This document shows positions 29,889 to 39,840 of a DNA stretch of 64,000 bases, piece after piece (positions within the stretch are counted from its first letter, which is position 1; every line of letters starts with the position of its first letter). A program made the translations under genes and the position numbers. Source of the stretch: a virus (lineage: Duplodnaviria; Heunggongvirae; Uroviricota; Caudoviricetes); IMG/VR virus record IMGVR_UViG_3300009702_000022, positions 1 to 64,000 of that record. One strand, given 5' to 3'. The notes beneath the pieces were generated by a model that searched no databases, had not been told where the DNA came from, and saw only the letters and a program-made list of their open reading frames with translations.

Positions 29889-31740
29889 GAAACGACAAAA
29901 GCAATTGAGACAGATGAAGAAGCGGACATCGAAGAAAGCTTCTTATATTAACTGGCCAAAAGATTGGCAGAAGAGCATACCTACGGTAAATCGTGATGCG
30001 TGGCTGCGTGGCATCGCCGCTCGCGACTCTCGGATTTGGGATGCGATCGTCGAGTATTGCTTTTTCTTTGAAGGGCATCATTACAAGATGTTCAGCGCCA
30101 AAGGTATCAATGAGCTGAATGAGTTTGTCCAGATGGCTTTAGCTGTTGTTACAACCCCCAACTTTAATCCAGAAGGCAGGCAGGCTGTGAACTTGATCCA
30201 GGTGGGTCATATATTCCAGCACCTTGTAGTTGTCACTGGATACGAAACTACGGATGCCGAACTGCGCAACCTGATGCTTCAGGAAAATAATCTGATCAAG
30301 GTTTTATTCCTACAGAACCCGCGATGCAAATTCCAGATTGATCAAGAGAAATTATTCGATCTCAATCCCCAAGTTGCTTCATTATGGTTTGGAATATACA
30401 TGGCCTGCACAGGTACGCCAACCAGATTGATCCAGAAGAACATTTACAAGCATCTTTCTTCTATGGATAAAAGATATACAATAGCGAACCAGCACATCAC
30501 CGCGCCATACTTCACCTGTACCTATCACAACCCCCAGGCTGCTCTGGCCGTGAAGAGCAAGATAAATGATGCTATCCAAAGGGCAGGGGTTCCTCAGTTC
30601 AAGAACACTCCTTCCGCTGGCAAGAAACATATTGCCATTGTCACATGTCGTTGGCATCGCAATCATGCGGTGTATAAATCGGCAGGGCCTCTTGTGGAGC
30701 AATTGAAGGATAAGTACAAGCTTACTCTTATCTGGACTGGTAAGGAATATCCTGATACAATTGTGAAGGATTACTTTGACAATGTCTACAAGTGCTACTT
30801 CACTGAGGAAGGTGGGTTGGTGATACCAGATGAGATGGCGGAGAATGATTTCAACATGGTATACTTCCCGGATGTTGGGATGTCGGACGAATCCATCTGG
30901 CTGTCAAATGCAAGGATTGCTCCGATCCAAGCTGTGGGTTATGGCCATCCGGATACCACGGGTGCAAATAACTGCATTGATTACTTCATCTGTGGAGACG
31001 TTGAAAAGGATGCGGACACTGCATATGCGGAAACTCGGGTATGCATTCCTGGCTTGGCACAAGCGCCCGCGTGGCCAACTGCACCGAGGGAAGACAACTA
31101 CATTGACGATGGTGTTGTTCGAATCAATTGTGTGTGGGGCCCGGATAAATATAATCGAACTCTCTTGGAAGTTATTGCCGAGATCAACAATGAGGTGGCT
31201 CGACGTAGTGTGAATTCCGATACCCCGAAGGTTGAGTTTCATTTCTTCACTAGCCCTGGCGTTCATCGTTATGCTTGCCTCCCGTCATTGGCTGCTGAGA
31301 TTTCTCACTTGATACCAAATGCAAAGTTGCACACTGACTGGGAATATTATGACTACATGAGGGAAATGCAAAAGAATGATTTTGCTCTTAACAGTTTTCC
31401 GTTTGGATGTTATAATGTGTTGATTGAATCCTTGTGGGCTGGCATTCCCTTTCTCACAATTGTGGGAGATCGATTCTATAACCGGGCGGGTATGTGGCTG
31501 AACGATCAGATTGATATGTCCGAGAACAATTACACATCACCTCGTGACTTTGTTAACGGGGTGGCAGACTTGATCATGGACCCTGATAAATTGAAGGCCC
31601 AGAGGGATCATCTTGTTAGCATTGATCTCAAGGAATGCCTATTCACACTCAAAGGTGACTATTTCCTGCAAGCCATCGACTACATTTTTGCCCATCACCC
31701 CTTTACAGAAACCAAACTCATTGGAGAGACGAATGACTAA
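29857..31740 (+). CDS. GT41 (O-GlcNAc-transferase-like) glycosyltransferase-domain protein
   Basis: NARIAPIQAVGYGHPDTTG and LWAGIPFLTI match the OGT catalytic-domain motifs (RPAPIQAMWLGYPGTSG; LWAGTPMVTM). Confidence 0.55.
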   Translation: MNSKRFLLATKKRQKQLRQMKKRTSKKASYINWPKDWQKSIPTVNRDAWLRGIAARDSRIWDAIVEYCFFFEGHHYKMFSAKGINELNEFVQMALAVVTTPNFNPEGRQAVNLIQVGHIFQHLVVVTGYETTDAELRNLMLQENNLIKVLFLQNPRCKFQIDQEKLFDLNPQVASLWFGIYMACTGTPTRLIQKNIYKHLSSMDKRYTIANQHITAPYFTCTYHNPQAALAVKSKINDAIQRAGVPQFKNTPSAGKKHIAIVTCRWHRNHAVYKSAGPLVEQLKDKYKLTLIWTGKEYPDTIVKDYFDNVYKCYFTEEGGLVIPDEMAENDFNMVYFPDVGMSDESIWLSNARIAPIQAVGYGHPDTTGANNCIDYFICGDVEKDADTAYAETRVCIPGLAQAPAWPTAPREDNYIDDGVVRINCVWGPDKYNRTLLEVIAEINNEVARRSVNSDTPKVEFHFFTSPGVHRYACLPSLAAEISHLIPNAKLHTDWEYYDYMREMQKNDFALNSFPFGCYNVLIESLWAGIPFLTIVGDRFYNRAGMWLNDQIDMSENNYTSPRDFVNGVADLIMDPDKLKAQRDHLVSIDLKECLFTLKGDYFLQAIDYIFAHHPFTETKLIGETND

Positions 31741-33001
31741 GTTGAATGAAGAACAGGTAAGAGGGATTAAGAATGACCTCTCAGCCAAAGTGCTCACGCA
31801 ACAAGAGATCGCTAATAAATATGGATGTTCTCGATCAAATATTAGTGACATTGCTTGTGGTCGAGTCCACAAAGAGGTTCGGGCTGAGATGGAAATGGAT
31901 GATAATGAAGCCTACATTTTCAAGTTACGATCTGAGATCGAACATCTCCGTGCTGAGCGCAACTTGGCTAATCGACAATTGAAAAATATGGCGAAAACCC
32001 AGGGCTTGTTTCAAGCCATGTCGGATGAACTTGAGAATAAAATCAAGCCCTTCCGAGCACTGCCACCTGCCCGTCGTGAATTCTCGACCAAGGGTAAGAT
32101 CACGGAGCATTTGGTTATGCATTTGTCGGACGGACATCATGACCAGATTGTTACTCCAGATGACACAGGAGGGTTAGAGACTTATGACTTTCCGATTTCG
32201 ATGTGTAGGGCCGAGAGGTATGTTGACGCCACGCTCAAGTGGACCCAGCAGACACTTGGAACACAATACAATTTCCCCTCGCTCACGGTGCTCGCTTACG
32301 GTGACCACACCAGTGGTGAAATTCATGGACATACGGCGAGATCCTATTTCCGCAACGCTTTCAAGAATGCGATCGCTATCGGACAATTACACTCGCTGAT
32401 GTATCGTGACCTCGCCCCATATTTCGAGCAAGTGAATATCATTTACGTTCCAGGGAACCATGGCCGGCGCTCAAAGAAGAAAGACTACCTTGGCGCGCAT
32501 GATAACTGGGACTATCTGATTGCTAAGACGGCCCAGCTTTACTTGCAGGATGTTGCAAACATCAACTTCACCATTCCGAATTCATTCTCAGCGAATGTTA
32601 ACATTGATGGCGTTGGCTTTCATATTTTCCATGGTGATGATATCCGATCTAGCCTCGGCATCCCTTGGTATGGGTTGGAGAAGAGGCGTCATCGTTTGAT
32701 GGCTCTCGACAACGTTCGTGCTGGTGTGCCAGTTCGATATTATTGTTGTGGTCACTTCCATCGCCCTGGCAGCACCACTGAGGTCAATGGTGAGATGATT
32801 ATCAACGGTGCATGGCTCGCTAGCGATGCTTATGCCTACAACTCATTGGGTGGTTACACTGAGCCGTCTCAGTTGATCCATGGTGTGAATTCAAAGTATG
32901 GTATTACTTGGCGGCTTCCAGTGAAGCTGTGTTGCGATTACGAAAAGACCGGACCCCGTCGATATCACATTGACATGATGGATGAGGTCACAGCTCTCTA
33001 A
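31733..33001 (+). CDS. HTH + calcineurin-like metallophosphoesterase
   Basis: N-terminal LTQQEIANKYGCSRSNISDI helix-turn-helix, then coiled coil, then LSDGHHD / YGDHTSGE / PGNHGRR / CGHFH phosphoesterase motifs. Confidence 0.5.
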   Translation: MTKLNEEQVRGIKNDLSAKVLTQQEIANKYGCSRSNISDIACGRVHKEVRAEMEMDDNEAYIFKLRSEIEHLRAERNLANRQLKNMAKTQGLFQAMSDELENKIKPFRALPPARREFSTKGKITEHLVMHLSDGHHDQIVTPDDTGGLETYDFPISMCRAERYVDATLKWTQQTLGTQYNFPSLTVLAYGDHTSGEIHGHTARSYFRNAFKNAIAIGQLHSLMYRDLAPYFEQVNIIYVPGNHGRRSKKKDYLGAHDNWDYLIAKTAQLYLQDVANINFTIPNSFSANVNIDGVGFHIFHGDDIRSSLGIPWYGLEKRRHRLMALDNVRAGVPVRYYCCGHFHRPGSTTEVNGEMIINGAWLASDAYAYNSLGGYTEPSQLIHGVNSKYGITWRLPVKLCCDYEKTGPRRYHIDMMDEVTAL

Positions 33002-33011
33002 AGGAGAATGT

Positions 33012-33281
33012 ATGAAAGTCAAACTTAATTCGTCAGATTTGGCAAAAGTAGGGATTACAGGCATGTCCGCCTTTGTTCTAATGATGATTGTTGTCTTTGT
33101 GTTGCTTTTACTTAATCTGGGAGTTTATGCACTGTTAGGATTGGTGTTCGCCTACTTGTGGAACACTTTTGTTGTGCCAAATGTTGGCACACATCTTCCC
33201 CTCCTTCTATGGTGGCAGGCTGGACTCCTTCTCTTGGCATTGCGAGTCTTTTTTAGTGTTGTCCTACCAGATAAAAGCTGA
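33012..33281 (+). CDS. small integral membrane protein (2-3 TM)
   Basis: Hydrophobic segments; start at MKVKLNSS. Confidence 0.4.
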   Translation: MKVKLNSSDLAKVGITGMSAFVLMMIVVFVLLLLNLGVYALLGLVFAYLWNTFVVPNVGTHLPLLLWWQAGLLLLALRVFFSVVLPDKS

Positions 33282-33325
33282 TCAATAAGTCTACTATTCA
33301 CTAACCCTCATAAGGAGGAATTTCT

Positions 33326-34039
33326 ATGTCAGGTGTCATCGCTCAGGTATTGGCAGACACGAAAGTAATTAGCCGAGAAGCTAATCAGCATGTCTATCAT
33401 GAATTGTTGGATCTTCAAACTCTCACAAAAGACCCTACCTTGGCAAGTCCATACTTGCAGGCTTCGGCCAACTCAGTTGTGGCCGCTAATGGTGGATCAA
33501 CTGGGAATTTGACAATTACCATGAACTTTCCCAAGGCTGGAGTGAAAGTTACTACTGGTAATATTACGTTTAATGCAGCAGTTGCTACTGTACAGTCGTC
33601 GATCGATTCCGCTCTGTCTGGAGAGGTGATCGGAGCTACTTATAACGCTGGAGATGTGGCGGCAAGCGGTGCTGGACTTATTTCTGGTAATGCTTTGACA
33701 TTGACTGCTAACGGGGCCACCGTTAATGGATACCAGATGATTGTCACCACGGCAAATGTAGACATGGATGTTGCAGCACCATCAGTTACTGAAGGTGTTG
33801 TGGGGACAGGAAATCGACCAGCCGAAGCCGCTTTGTTCCATTTGGATGTTCTTCGTCCTAGCGGAACACTTCCGTATCAAGGTCAAGTTGCTGTCCCAAG
33901 TGACTATGAGCTTGGGGATAATCCATTTTCAGTATCCCCTGCTCTCCAGGCTGCATTGGCACATGATGCTATTGTCAATGAGGATGAAACAATTGGTGTC
34001 GCGATTCGAGCAGCGTTGCCAAGCGTTGCCAATGACTGA
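33326..34039 (+). CDS. Ala/Gly/Thr/Val-rich protein (237 aa), probably abundant, possibly structural or decoration
   Basis: Composition; own RBS AAGGAGG; followed directly by a strong terminator. Confidence 0.35.
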   Translation: MSGVIAQVLADTKVISREANQHVYHELLDLQTLTKDPTLASPYLQASANSVVAANGGSTGNLTITMNFPKAGVKVTTGNITFNAAVATVQSSIDSALSGEVIGATYNAGDVAASGAGLISGNALTLTANGATVNGYQMIVTTANVDMDVAAPSVTEGVVGTGNRPAEAALFHLDVLRPSGTLPYQGQVAVPSDYELGDNPFSVSPALQAALAHDAIVNEDETIGVAIRAALPSVAND

Positions 34040-34055
34040 TTGATAAAATAGTTAC

Positions 34056-34090
34056 TTAGCGGGGTTCCCTTTGTGGTTCCCCGCTTTTTT
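34056..34090 (+). terminator. rho-independent terminator GCGGGG...CCCCGC followed by TTTTTT
   Basis: Stem plus T6, directly upstream of promoter P2. Confidence 0.65.
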
Positions 34091-34091
34091 C

Positions 34092-34133
34092 TTGACTTCT
34101 CAGAAATTTGTGGTATACTTTAGATAGGTGAAA
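34092..34133 (+). promoter_or_regulatory. conserved promoter P2 (TTGACT-16-TGgTATACT, then TTTAGATAGGTGAAAG)
   Basis: Motif family member. Confidence 0.55.
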
Positions 34134-34135
34134 GA

Positions 34136-34792
34136 ATGAGATACTTACTTGTTACATTATTGCTTGTTGCACCAGCTTTCAAAACCTATCCGGAGGTTCG
34201 ACCGAATCTGAAGGACCAAGGCTTTGGGTGGATGATCAACGATCTGGAGCGCCATGCCCATGCTGGTAATCCAATGCGGAATGAAGACGATCCAGGTAAC
34301 TGGGTTCACGAACTGACCCACCAAGTAAACAGTGACATTCGATGTTCTACCCTTGCCCATGATAATGCTTTCTACGTTATGCATGGTAAGTATGTGATCT
34401 TTAACGAGCCCAATGTCACACTAAGACAAGTCGCAAAGATGGTGCCTCAAAAGGATCGAGGAGTTCTCTACAAAGGATACCTTGTCGAGCAGCAGAGGGG
34501 ATGGAATGACTCCCCATTATATGTCTTAGATGAAGCCACAGCATATGCAAATGGACTGGAGTATCATGTTTCCACTAAGACAAAGGATCAATATCGTCTC
34601 GCTTATGCTAACGAGTTTCTTCGATATGTTAATGCCCTTATTCTAACCATTGAGAAATATGATCCTAATTACAGCCAATTAGATGAACTGCGAGAATATG
34701 TAAAGTGGCACACACACCGTGTAAAGACTTTAACGGATATGTATAATGGGAAGAATGTTATTCCGACGCCTCCAACACCATACAACTTCTAG
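34136..34792 (+). CDS. secreted HEXXH zinc-metallopeptidase-like protein
   Basis: Signal-peptide-like MRYLLVTLLLVAPAF; WVHELTHQV (HExxH). Confidence 0.4.
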   Translation: MRYLLVTLLLVAPAFKTYPEVRPNLKDQGFGWMINDLERHAHAGNPMRNEDDPGNWVHELTHQVNSDIRCSTLAHDNAFYVMHGKYVIFNEPNVTLRQVAKMVPQKDRGVLYKGYLVEQQRGWNDSPLYVLDEATAYANGLEYHVSTKTKDQYRLAYANEFLRYVNALILTIEKYDPNYSQLDELREYVKWHTHRVKTLTDMYNGKNVIPTPPTPYNF

Positions 34793-34804
34793 AGGAGCTT
34801 AATA

Positions 34805-35143
34805 ATGAGCACCATTTACGATATGTTGAAGAGACGTTATGTTCGGCGAGAAGAAAAGGAAAAGGAACTTCGAGAGTTCAAAAGGAAACTATTAAATGAG
34901 ATATACGATTTCTGTAAAGAACTGCCAAATTTCGTATTGCTTGGCAATACGTTAAAATATAGTCGAAACGGATGTGAGTATAAAGAGGTTTTACAACTAA
35001 ACATTTTCAAGGGTTTTGTCATTGTTCTAAAACCATGGGGAAAGTCTTCCGAAATTACGCGTCTTGACAAGAATGAATTTCCTCTACAGAAGTTAGTCAA
35101 AATTATTGAAGAGTTCATGTTAGATGAAGAGGTGAACCTATGA
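34805..35143 (+). CDS. hypothetical protein (112 aa)
   Basis: Coupled ORF. Confidence 0.4.
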   Translation: MSTIYDMLKRRYVRREEKEKELREFKRKLLNEIYDFCKELPNFVLLGNTLKYSRNGCEYKEVLQLNIFKGFVIVLKPWGKSSEITRLDKNEFPLQKLVKIIEEFMLDEEVNL

Positions 35144-35415
35144 TTACCATTCTTTTATCGGCTATTCCTTTTGTTTTACTTTTTATTCTACTGACTAGTA
35201 TGTGGATTGTTCAAGACAAATTTAAGAACAGAGCTATATTTGTAGAGAATAGGCTATATCGGAAGGAAAAACAGTGTGCAACTTTGGAAAGACAAAAGAA
35301 AGATTTGGAAAGTGAAGTAAGAGGCTTGAAGGATAAAGTTGATTATTTGAAAGAACGCCAAGAAGAGTTGTCCAAAGCCTTAGATGACATCAGAGACATC
35401 ACAGAGAATGTATGA
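35140..35415 (+). CDS. small TM + coiled-coil protein (91 aa)
   Basis: N-terminal hydrophobic helix followed by a charged coiled coil. Confidence 0.4.
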   Translation: MITILLSAIPFVLLFILLTSMWIVQDKFKNRAIFVENRLYRKEKQCATLERQKKDLESEVRGLKDKVDYLKERQEELSKALDDIRDITENV

Positions 35416-35427
35416 AGGGGTAATCCT

Positions 35428-36063
35428 ATGATTAGCGAACAGCAATGGCTTGAATTTATTGAACAACCTTTGCGTAAACTAACACTTCTTGACTGCGAGG
35501 TTCGCACACCAACAGTGTGGCAGGAAAGTCCATTCCAGACTCAGCTAAGCGCATCATTCGTTATCGATGATGACCTTATGTGGGACGCTGGGCGAGTCCT
35601 CAAAGACTACCTGAATAAAATCGTTGAAGCGATGTTGAAAGAATTCAACAAATATTATATTGTTGAATTCTGGCCTCTCATTATTCATAATGATGTTGGT
35701 GATCATCAGTTCCTATTAAATGAAAAACAAAACGTACCAACACGCGTCATTATTCAATATGATGATAGCCGGCGAGAATTACAAGTACGAGTAGAAGTTC
35801 TATTTAGGCAAGTGGGTAATTATTACTACCCAATCATTGGGGGCCCAATTGATGGATTTCTGTTTCCATTCAAGCATGTTCCGTATGAAGGACAGAATAT
35901 CACTTTTCAATTTAACACACCCTTTCACAGAGAGTATACTTTACAAGATAAGAGGCCGTGGCCCGGCTTGGACTTGCAAATGGTTAACCGCCAGAAAAGC
36001 ACATTGATCAATTACCAGTTCAAGATGCCTTATGTGTATTACATGGGAGAGACAATCAGTTGA
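35428..36063 (+). CDS. hypothetical protein (211 aa)
   Basis: Intact ORF; ATGA overlap with the polymerase gene. Confidence 0.4.
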   Translation: MISEQQWLEFIEQPLRKLTLLDCEVRTPTVWQESPFQTQLSASFVIDDDLMWDAGRVLKDYLNKIVEAMLKEFNKYYIVEFWPLIIHNDVGDHQFLLNEKQNVPTRVIIQYDDSRRELQVRVEVLFRQVGNYYYPIIGGPIDGFLFPFKHVPYEGQNITFQFNTPFHREYTLQDKRPWPGLDLQMVNRQKSTLINYQFKMPYVYYMGETIS

Positions 36064-38744
36064 GGTTTCGAAAGAACGCATATTACATAGATGTGGAGTC
36101 TGTGGGCTTTCACGGTCTGGCGGTGCTAGTACAGTGGGCATACGAGGATGGAGAAGTTCACCTGCACAATCTATGGGATGTTCCAATCAAGGATACCCTT
36201 GATCTGATCGAGCAGTTCACAGGGGGGACGTGTGTGTTCTTCAATGCCGTTTTCGACTGGTTCCATCTCTGTAAGATCTACAACACTTGGTTATTGTTGC
36301 GAGAGAAGTATGGTGGAAATACTATCCCAGCAAGTATCCCTGTTGCACAACTGGCGGAAGCAGAGAAGGAAGCCCGAGACGGTCCCTGCTTGAAGCCAAA
36401 AGATGTTATGTGTCTGATGTTGCATTCCCGGAAGGGAAAGTTTCAATCACTCATGGATCGCCATGATGTGAAGGTGAACAAGGTTCCGACCGCACTCGCG
36501 CATCTTCTGGCCGCTGAGCTGGAAGAACGTATCGAGTTGGATGGCATCTTGTTCGCCAAACGGAAGAACAAGAATGCCCCACGTTGGGGTGTCTACGATC
36601 GAATCAAGAAAGGAAAGGATGATGAGGTAGATCCGGCATTCAAGGATGTGGTTCTTAAATTCAGACCCGCTCGTGCTCTGAAGTATCTTGCCGAGCATTG
36701 TCTTGGTTTGGATCCAGAGTTCTACTCATTCAAGGACGTGTATCCAGAAACGTCTCACAAGCTCGCTGAGATAGGCTATGCCCCATTTGCCCTTGGTGCG
36801 TCTCCCGGGGGAGAAGATGTTGACTGGAAAGTATTTGACAAACAAGGAAAATGTATAGGTCGCGCCTGGCCAAAGATTATTCATGAACACATTGAACATT
36901 GGAGAACGAATGAAGAAGCACGCCGTTACGCAAGATATGACGTTATTTACACCCGCTTGCTCGATGAATATTTCGAGTTCCCAGAAGAAAGCGATAACGA
37001 CTCGGTGCTCGCCTGCATGGTGGCAGCAGTCAGGTGGCATGGATTCGTTGTTGACACTGAAAAGGTTACCGAACTACTTCGAAAATCCCAAGAGGTGTTT
37101 GCGGCATCTCCAGTAAATCCTAACAAGCCAACTGAAGTTAAGCGTTACATCCGGGAGGTAATGGATGACTCAGAAGCAACCCTCATTGACCAATCAACAA
37201 AGAAAGCCAATCTGGAAAAGATCCGAGATAGAATGATTGTCGAACGGGAAGACCTCGATAAAGCCTTTACGTCAGACATGGAATGCATTCATTGCGGAGG
37301 AACTAAAACACAGATTGGCGATGATGGGTTGGAGAGACCATGTTCACATTGCGAAGGCACTGGGATTGAGCCAGGAGGCGAATTATGTGTTAGGTGTCTC
37401 GGAGAGGGGTGTGCTCGATGCGCTAATCGCGGCTTTCTTCTATTTGGACCGACGTTAGCCAGCCAACGGGCAAATGAAATCCTGCACATTAAGGCGGCCG
37501 GCAAAGAGGTCGAATTGTATGAAAAGCTGTTGCGGGCAGGTCGTTTTCATGCTTCCTTCCGAGTTATTGGCACCCTGTCATCTCGAATGGCTGGTGGAGA
37601 TGGTCTTAATGCCCAGGGAATTAAGCACTCAGAAGAGACTCGCTCAGCATTCCCACTGAAGTGGGAAGGCATGCAACTATGCGGTGGGGACTTTGATGGC
37701 TTCGAGGTAACCTTGGCCGATGCCGTTTTTAAGGATGAAAATCTCAGGAGAGACTTGCTTGCTGGTAAATCTTTGCATACAAGTATGGCTCAGGAATTAT
37801 ATCCTGGCAAGTCTGAGACGCAAATCAAAGCGTCCAAAGGGTTTAAGGACGGTGGGGATGTGGATATGTATACCCGTGGCAAGCAAGCTGTCTTCGCTAC
37901 GCTCTATGGGGGTGATGCCAATACGATCAACAAGAAACTTGCGATTGACAAGGCAGTTGCGGAGAGGGCCTTTGACGGTCTACAGAAGCGATATCCTGGC
38001 ATCAAGAACGCGCGTGATAAAGTAGCCAAGGATTTTGCAGCCCTTGAACAGCATGGAGAAGTTGGAACAGGAGTGATCACATACAAGAAGCCCAAGGATT
38101 ATGTTGAGACATTCCTTGGATTTCGTCGCTGGTTTCCTCTGGAGAACAAGATCGCTAAGGCATTGTTTGATCTGGCGCATAATGTGCCGGATCATTGGAA
38201 AAGGTATGATTTTACCGTGATTCGTCGGGACAGGGAACAGACTCCAGCAGGCGCGGTAGCCTCCGCCCTCTACGGAGCAGCCTTTCAGATCCAGGCAGCC
38301 AACATTCGCGCGGCCAACAACCACTTGATCCAGTCTCCGGGAGCGATGATAACAAAGGATCTGCAACGTCATATCTGGGATTTGCAACCCTGGGGCATTG
38401 GTCCGTGGATTGTTGCTCCGCTCAATGTGCACGATGAGGTGTTGAGCGTGACGCGACCTGACTACGTGCAGAAAGCAACTGATATTGTGGTGCAGGTTGT
38501 TGAGTCATACCGTGACAGAGTGCCACTAATTGGAATGAAATGGGTCACCAGCATGGAAAGTTGGGCAGGTAAGAAAGGCGCTAAGGATTCGGAACAAGTC
38601 CACATTAGCCCACACGGCATCACAACGGGCGCTGATGACGATGAACCCTATGTAGCTCCCATTGACATAGAGGAGCTGGAAGAGATCGATAAACTACCCG
38701 AATTCTCAAACCATGAGGACGGGGCAGCCGGAGGATACTTATAA
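36060..38744 (+). CDS. family A DNA polymerase with 3'-5' exonuclease domain and an inserted CxxC zinc-finger module
   Basis: Exo I YIDVES; motif B TRGKQAVFATLYGG; motif C VHDEV; CIHCGGTKTQ...CSHCEGTG...CVRCLGEGCARC insertion. Confidence 0.75.
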   Translation: MRFRKNAYYIDVESVGFHGLAVLVQWAYEDGEVHLHNLWDVPIKDTLDLIEQFTGGTCVFFNAVFDWFHLCKIYNTWLLLREKYGGNTIPASIPVAQLAEAEKEARDGPCLKPKDVMCLMLHSRKGKFQSLMDRHDVKVNKVPTALAHLLAAELEERIELDGILFAKRKNKNAPRWGVYDRIKKGKDDEVDPAFKDVVLKFRPARALKYLAEHCLGLDPEFYSFKDVYPETSHKLAEIGYAPFALGASPGGEDVDWKVFDKQGKCIGRAWPKIIHEHIEHWRTNEEARRYARYDVIYTRLLDEYFEFPEESDNDSVLACMVAAVRWHGFVVDTEKVTELLRKSQEVFAASPVNPNKPTEVKRYIREVMDDSEATLIDQSTKKANLEKIRDRMIVEREDLDKAFTSDMECIHCGGTKTQIGDDGLERPCSHCEGTGIEPGGELCVRCLGEGCARCANRGFLLFGPTLASQRANEILHIKAAGKEVELYEKLLRAGRFHASFRVIGTLSSRMAGGDGLNAQGIKHSEETRSAFPLKWEGMQLCGGDFDGFEVTLADAVFKDENLRRDLLAGKSLHTSMAQELYPGKSETQIKASKGFKDGGDVDMYTRGKQAVFATLYGGDANTINKKLAIDKAVAERAFDGLQKRYPGIKNARDKVAKDFAALEQHGEVGTGVITYKKPKDYVETFLGFRRWFPLENKIAKALFDLAHNVPDHWKRYDFTVIRRDREQTPAGAVASALYGAAFQIQAANIRAANNHLIQSPGAMITKDLQRHIWDLQPWGIGPWIVAPLNVHDEVLSVTRPDYVQKATDIVVQVVESYRDRVPLIGMKWVTSMESWAGKKGAKDSEQVHISPHGITTGADDDEPYVAPIDIEELEEIDKLPEFSNHEDGAAGGYL

Positions 38745-38947
38745 TGTCCCCACGAGGCTTGATCGACGAGGCATACGAAAAAGGCTATCGGAATGGACGG
38801 CAGGATTGGATGATTGAGATGCTTACTGTGTTCGCCAAAGCCCACCAAGTGACTGCTCCACCTCCTGGGTGGGATCCACTAAGTTGGATACCAAAAGAGC
38901 TTGTCCGAAGATTTAATGAAGTATCGAAATATGATGAAACTGATTGA
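38744..38947 (+). CDS. small hypothetical protein (67 aa)
   Basis: Coupled ORF. Confidence 0.35.
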   Translation: MSPRGLIDEAYEKGYRNGRQDWMIEMLTVFAKAHQVTAPPPGWDPLSWIPKELVRRFNEVSKYDETD

Positions 38948-38958
38948 TTGGAGGTTGT

Positions 38959-39783
38959 ATGCAACCGGCCTTTGGATACCCAGGTGGTAAAAGCCGCGCA
39001 GTGAAGCATATCATGAAGGTTCTCGATCTGGACTTGAGTAAATATCTCCAGGTTGTGGAGCCGTTCTGCGGTGGGGCCTCATTCTCGCTGTCATGCAACA
39101 TCGAAAAGGTATGGCTGAATGATATCGATCCCGACCTGTATTGCTTGTGGCGGTCCATTATCTCCTACATAGATGACCTGGAAGCCGCTGTCATGGATGC
39201 CAGAATAAAGGCCGAGGACTTCTACACACTCAGGGACAAGTTGCTGGAAGGTGGCGGCCGACCAACTTCCCGAGAAGGGGTAGTTCAGCGAGGGTTAGAG
39301 AAACTGATCATCCACAAGATCAGTTATTCGAACATGGGGGAGATGTCAGGCTCCCCAGTTGGGGGTAGGAATCAGACAGGGAAATGGAAATTCGACTGTC
39401 GGTGGAATCCTACCAGTATTTGCAAATCGCTCAGGAGGGCCCACAATCGCCTGTGTGATGCGTTATTAACATGCGTAGATTATGAGGCAGTATTAGGCGG
39501 GTGTGGCTCAGGCAACCTCATGTTCGTCGACCCACCCTATGTAGACGCAGGAGCCAAGTGTTACAAGCATTCGTTCGATATGGCTGACCATATCCTGCTG
39601 GCCAGGGCGCTTCGACGCGCTGAATACAAGTGGATACTGACTTATGACTATCATCCCAGGATTCTGGAACTGTATTCCTGGGCTAGAATTTATGATCTGG
39701 AGTTCAAATACTTCATATCTTCCGCTTATCGAAGCGGCGAGGACATGAAAATCGGGAAAGAACTGTTGATTACTGGAGACTGA
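38959..39783 (+). CDS. dam: Dam-family (D12 class) N6-adenine DNA methyltransferase
   Basis: FGYPGGK, EPFCGGASF and DPPY motifs. Start at ATG 38959 behind GGAGG. Confidence 0.75.
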   Translation: MQPAFGYPGGKSRAVKHIMKVLDLDLSKYLQVVEPFCGGASFSLSCNIEKVWLNDIDPDLYCLWRSIISYIDDLEAAVMDARIKAEDFYTLRDKLLEGGGRPTSREGVVQRGLEKLIIHKISYSNMGEMSGSPVGGRNQTGKWKFDCRWNPTSICKSLRRAHNRLCDALLTCVDYEAVLGGCGSGNLMFVDPPYVDAGAKCYKHSFDMADHILLARALRRAEYKWILTYDYHPRILELYSWARIYDLEFKYFISSAYRSGEDMKIGKELLITGD

Positions 39784-39791
39784 AAATTTAT

Positions 39792-39832
39792 TTGACAAAG
39801 TTGGAAAGTGTGGTATAATTTAGATAGAAAGG
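39792..39832 (+). promoter_or_regulatory. conserved promoter P3 (TTGACA-16-TGgTATAAT, then TTAGATAGAAAGG)
   Basis: Motif family member. Confidence 0.6.
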
Positions 39833-39840
39833 AAAAGAAC

